Positions 60,578 through 64,000 of a stretch of DNA of 64,000 nucleotides are shown piece by piece. A program made the translations under genes and the position numbers. The DNA lies in IMG/VR virus record IMGVR_UViG_3300031949_000002, one strand, 5' to 3'. Source of the stretch: a virus. The first letter of the stretch is position 1. Every line of letters begins with the position of its first letter. The notes under the pieces are model-generated. The model was not told the origin of the DNA, made no database searches, and saw only the letters and a program-made list of their open reading frames with translations.

Positions 60578-60588
60578 TATTTTAACAG
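60578..60588 (-). promoter_or_regulatory. CTGTTAAAATA extended -10 motif, copy 2
   Basis: Identical to 39309-39319. Confidence 0.55.
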
Positions 60589-60653
60589 TTCATACCTTTA
60601 TTAGCTAGACGTTTCGGTTCGCGCGGCAGATCCCGCCAGGGCCATTCCAGCCT

Positions 60654-61025
60654 CTACGTCGTCGCGTACCACGCGTACACGGCGCCTGTACGGTTCGGGG
60701 TCGTCCCGCCCGGTCCATTCACGACGAAGTCGAGCGCGGAGACGGAGACCTCCGTGTTGGTCGAAGCGACGCCGACCTCGGTTCTCTTCTCCGTCGTCCT
60801 TCCTCCGCCCGTCGCGGGAGAGATCGCGTCGATGCAGTTCCACTCGATTCCGACCGGGATGCCGCTCAAGGAGACCACGTACACTTTGCGGCACGGCGCG
60901 GTGAATCCGGTCGCGATCACTCTCCCGACCGCGTCGTTCCCCGTGTAGAACCCGCTCGCGGTTTGCGCACCGCTCCCGCCGCTTCCGGGCGATACCGCGT
61001 TCCATATGAAATCGCCTTTCCTCAT
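60654..61025 (-). CDS. Putative virion appendage protein, RKGDF N-terminus
   Basis: MRKGDF..GSGGSG..SGFYTGN. Confidence 0.65.
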   Translation of the reverse strand: MRKGDFIWNAVSPGSGGSGAQTASGFYTGNDAVGRVIATGFTAPCRKVYVVSLSGIPVGIEWNCIDAISPATGGGRTTEKRTEVGVASTNTEVSVSALDFVVNGPGGTTPNRTGAVYAWYATT

Positions 61026-61037
61026 CGTTCACCTCGC

Positions 61038-61457
61038 TTAGCCAAGCTCGATCGACCCGATCATGAAGGAGCTTCCGGTCGTCACGCCGGTCGCGTTCAC
61101 CTCGATGGAGATGAGAACTCCGACCGCGACCGGTACGGTCAGCCCGGAAGAGAATACTCCGGTCGATCCGGCGGCCAGCACGATCACGATAGCGGTCGGC
61201 ACTCCGTTGACGCGAACCGTGACGGGAACGGGCTGGTCGTAGCTGTTCGTCACCACGTTGAGATGGAAGTTGCGAAGCGTTCCGGCACGCGTCGCCGGGA
61301 ACTGCGCGTTCAGTTCGGACGCCTGCGCGACTCCGAACCCGAGGTAGCGAGTCGTGATTCCGGGCGTGGACCCGCCGACACTGTAGATACCCCCACCGCC
61401 CGACCCTCCGTTTCCACCCGGAGGAGGGCTGTTCGATATGAAATCTCCCTTTCTCAC
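61038..61457 (-). CDS. Putative virion appendage protein, RKGDF N-terminus
   Basis: GTG-RKGDF..GGNGGSGGGG. Confidence 0.65.
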   Translation of the reverse strand: MRKGDFISNSPPPGGNGGSGGGGIYSVGGSTPGITTRYLGFGVAQASELNAQFPATRAGTLRNFHLNVVTNSYDQPVPVTVRVNGVPTAIVIVLAAGSTGVFSSGLTVPVAVGVLISIEVNATGVTTGSSFMIGSIELG

Positions 61458-64000
61458 CGCGTCACCTCCATCTTCATGCCCTTCCTCTCCGCCGTATCGG
61501 CCCGAATCGCGGCGATCCATTCATCCGCGATCGTATTCCACCGGTAGGTCTGCACCTTCGCCTTGCCTCGGGCGGAGTACTCCTCCCACCGCTTCCGATC
61601 CTTCAGCATCCGCACCGATTCTTCAAGGAACAGCGACTGATACCGATCGGACCGAGAATCGCCCGGAATCAGGATTCCCGCGTCGCCCACCGTGGTCGAG
61701 AGAGCGGCAAGGTCCGACGTCACGATCGGGACTCCTCCCGCCATCATCTCCGCCGCAGTGATGCAAAACGTCTCGGTAAAGAACGTTGGGAAACACCACA
61801 GATCGGACCGCATGATCTCCTGCGCGAGTTCCCTCTGACCGATCCGGTCGTGGAACGTCACGCCGGGCTGGCAGAGCGCGGCCTTGATCCTCCGCATCCA
61901 TTCGACCTGCCGCGGATCGTTCCTTCGCTCGATCGCCGCTTCCCAGTTCTTGAAACCGTAATAGACATGGAGCGTCGCCTCCGGCACTTCCTTCCGGATC
62001 TTCGGAAAGAGTTCGAGGAGAACGTCCAGCCCCCGGTCCGGACTGCTGCTGTAGATCATCCGGCCCCGCTCGCGAGCAGGCGCGTCGTTGAAGCGCGAGA
62101 GATCGACACCGTCCCGGGTCACCACGACCTGATCCGGAGCGATCCGGTGATGCTGGACGAAGAAGTCGCGGTGCCACGGCGAGAGAACGTAGTACTTGTC
62201 TACGAGATCCCGCTTCACGTCGTACGAAGGATCGGACGAGAGCCAGATATCGTGGACCCAGCAGATCTTGTACCCCGCTCTGATCGGAAGCGAGAAGACA
62301 TCGGTCTGACGCGACGTAACGAAAATATCGATGTAGTTCTGCTCGGCAAAGGCCGGGAACTTCCTGTAATCGGAGTACACCACGTCGTCGTAGACGCCCT
62401 CTTCTCCTCCGATATCGGAGAAGACGAACGCACGGTAGCCACGCGCGGCAAATGCCCGCGCGACGTGGACCGCGCAAGTCTCGCTTCCGCCGATTCCTCC
62501 CTTGTCAATGCTGTCGGGACTCCACCGCTCCCAGGCCGGGCCGGTATAGAGTGCGAAGATCGGCTTCTTCCACTTCTCGTTGAAGTAGGCATGGTTCGCC
62601 CGGTCCTCCGCGTGGTGCTGCTCGTGGTTCGTGTCCTCGCTCTTCTTCCGGGTCTTCCCGCCGAAGTGAAAGACCCAACTGTCGTAGCTCTGGACGATCC
62701 TGTATCCCAACTTTTTGATCCGGCGGCAGTAGTCGAGGTCCTCGTCTCCGGACCGGAACTTCTCGTCCAGGATCCCGACGCGATCGATCACATCGCGAGG
62801 CGCGAGCGTGCAGTAGAACGCGATCCACTCGCGGTCCGTCACGACCTTTTCGTGCCGGTACGATTCGATCGCTGGAACGATCCGTTCGACGTCGCCGATC
62901 CCCATCCCGGCCCGAAGCTCCTGGCCCTCGATCAGGATCGTCTCGTCGTGGAGCCATCCCTTGTCGCAGTTCGAGAACGGACCAACCGCGCCGACTCCCG
63001 GCTTCATCGCTTCATGCATCAGAGCCGATAGCCATCCCTTCGAGACGATCGTGTCGTCGTTCAGGAAGCAGACGTACCGCTCCTTCGCGATCCGGAGCCC
63101 CGCATTGTTCGCCGCGGAGAAGTGGAGCCGGACCGGAGAGTTGTAGTAAATGATGTCGGGCTGCTCCTGGAGCCAGCGGCCGGTATCGTCCGTGCCGGAG
63201 TTGACCACCACGATGTTGTACGGATGGTCCGTGTTTCTCCGGATCGATTCGACGCACAGCTTGAGGTAGCTCAGATTGTTCCAGGTCGGGATGATAATGT
63301 CCACCTTCGGAGGCGAGCAGTTTTCTCTGCACGTCTCGTCGAGGAGTGCGAGCCACTGTTCTCCGATCGCGTCGATGAAGTATTTCTTCCTGACCTCGAC
63401 GCGAGCGGCGCGGCCCATCCTCTCCCGGAGCGAAGCGTCGTCCCGGAGAAGCATCAGGTACTTTTTCCAGTCCTCGAAGTTCTCGCAGATGAAGCCGGTT
63501 CTTCCGTGCTCGATCGCTTCACGGTATGCCCGGAGGGGGGACGCGACGACGGGGAGCCCGAGCGCCATCGCCTGCGTCGCTTTCGTGTTGGACTTCGCGG
63601 GCTGGAGCCACTCGCGCTGAGGGCAGATCGCGATGTCCGCTTCGGACATATCGTGTAGCCACGTCTTCGCGTTCCACCGCTTGTCCGCGCAGTCCCACTC
63701 CGAGATCACGACCAGTTCCATCCCGAGTTCCTGGATGATCGGCCGGAGCGGGTCGAGGTTCTGCGCGTTCCCGCCCATCCCGCACCACACGACCCGGACC
63801 TTCCCGTCCTTACCATGAGGTTCGTACCCATAGTTGACCGGATCGGTCGGCAGTTCATAGCTGTCCGGGATCGTTACGGTCCTGCCCAGGTCGGACCGGA
63901 GCTTCGAAAGCTCTGTGCTGCACGTCACGATCCTGTTCGCGGACTGGAGGCACTCGTCTCTCCAGGGCTGGCCCGGAACGTCCTCGTTGTGATCCGCCGC
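61454..64000 (-). CDS. Multi-domain glycosyltransferase (GT4-GT2-GT4), 5'-truncated
   Basis: Frame open to window edge; KSNTK..ALGLPVV; VDIIIPTWN..LNDDT; YSSSPDRGL..ETFCITAAE. Confidence 0.9.
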   Translation of the reverse strand, partial: AADHNEDVPGQPWRDECLQSANRIVTCSTELSKLRSDLGRTVTIPDSYELPTDPVNYGYEPHGKDGKVRVVWCGMGGNAQNLDPLRPIIQELGMELVVISEWDCADKRWNAKTWLHDMSEADIAICPQREWLQPAKSNTKATQAMALGLPVVASPLRAYREAIEHGRTGFICENFEDWKKYLMLLRDDASLRERMGRAARVEVRKKYFIDAIGEQWLALLDETCRENCSPPKVDIIIPTWNNLSYLKLCVESIRRNTDHPYNIVVVNSGTDDTGRWLQEQPDIIYYNSPVRLHFSAANNAGLRIAKERYVCFLNDDTIVSKGWLSALMHEAMKPGVGAVGPFSNCDKGWLHDETILIEGQELRAGMGIGDVERIVPAIESYRHEKVVTDREWIAFYCTLAPRDVIDRVGILDEKFRSGDEDLDYCRRIKKLGYRIVQSYDSWVFHFGGKTRKKSEDTNHEQHHAEDRANHAYFNEKWKKPIFALYTGPAWERWSPDSIDKGGIGGSETCAVHVARAFAARGYRAFVFSDIGGEEGVYDDVVYSDYRKFPAFAEQNYIDIFVTSRQTDVFSLPIRAGYKICWVHDIWLSSDPSYDVKRDLVDKYYVLSPWHRDFFVQHHRIAPDQVVVTRDGVDLSRFNDAPARERGRMIYSSSPDRGLDVLLELFPKIRKEVPEATLHVYYGFKNWEAAIERRNDPRQVEWMRRIKAALCQPGVTFHDRIGQRELAQEIMRSDLWCFPTFFTETFCITAAEMMAGGVPIVTSDLAALSTTVGDAGILIPGDSRSDRYQSLFLEESVRMLKDRKRWEEYSARGKAKVQTYRWNTIADEWIAAIRADTAERKGMKMEVTR

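Overview
High-GC segment of a large prokaryotic virus (jumbo-phage-like). The host is unknown; the planctomycete-style Ser/Thr kinase and UBC-fold E2 hint at Planctomycetota, which is inference only. Left to right: (1) a compact type V CRISPR locus with a ~591-aa Cas12m-like effector and a 25-repeat array in which no two repeats are identical but all keep the same 6-bp hairpin + AC, plus solitary copies of that hairpin one spacer-length upstream of two start codons; (2) a ~15-kb minus-strand cluster of 44 tRNA genes for all 20 amino acids, interleaved with HNH/GIY-YIG endonucleases, a tnpB-only IS200/IS605 element splitting the anticodon of a tRNA-Ile(UAU), an IscB/omegaRNA element inserted in a start codon, and several unassigned structured RNAs; (3) a long minus-strand run of small orphan genes, 14 carrying an EKRW(G)-type motif and 8 starting M-Y-[LV]; (4) Ser/Thr kinase, nucleotidyltransferase/HicB-like pair, tmRNA, E2-like enzyme and a second TnpB; (5) putative virion genes (four RKGDF-led paralogues, an 825-aa protein) and a multi-domain glycosyltransferase running off the right edge. 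All protein calls are by eye from motifs; no database search was run.
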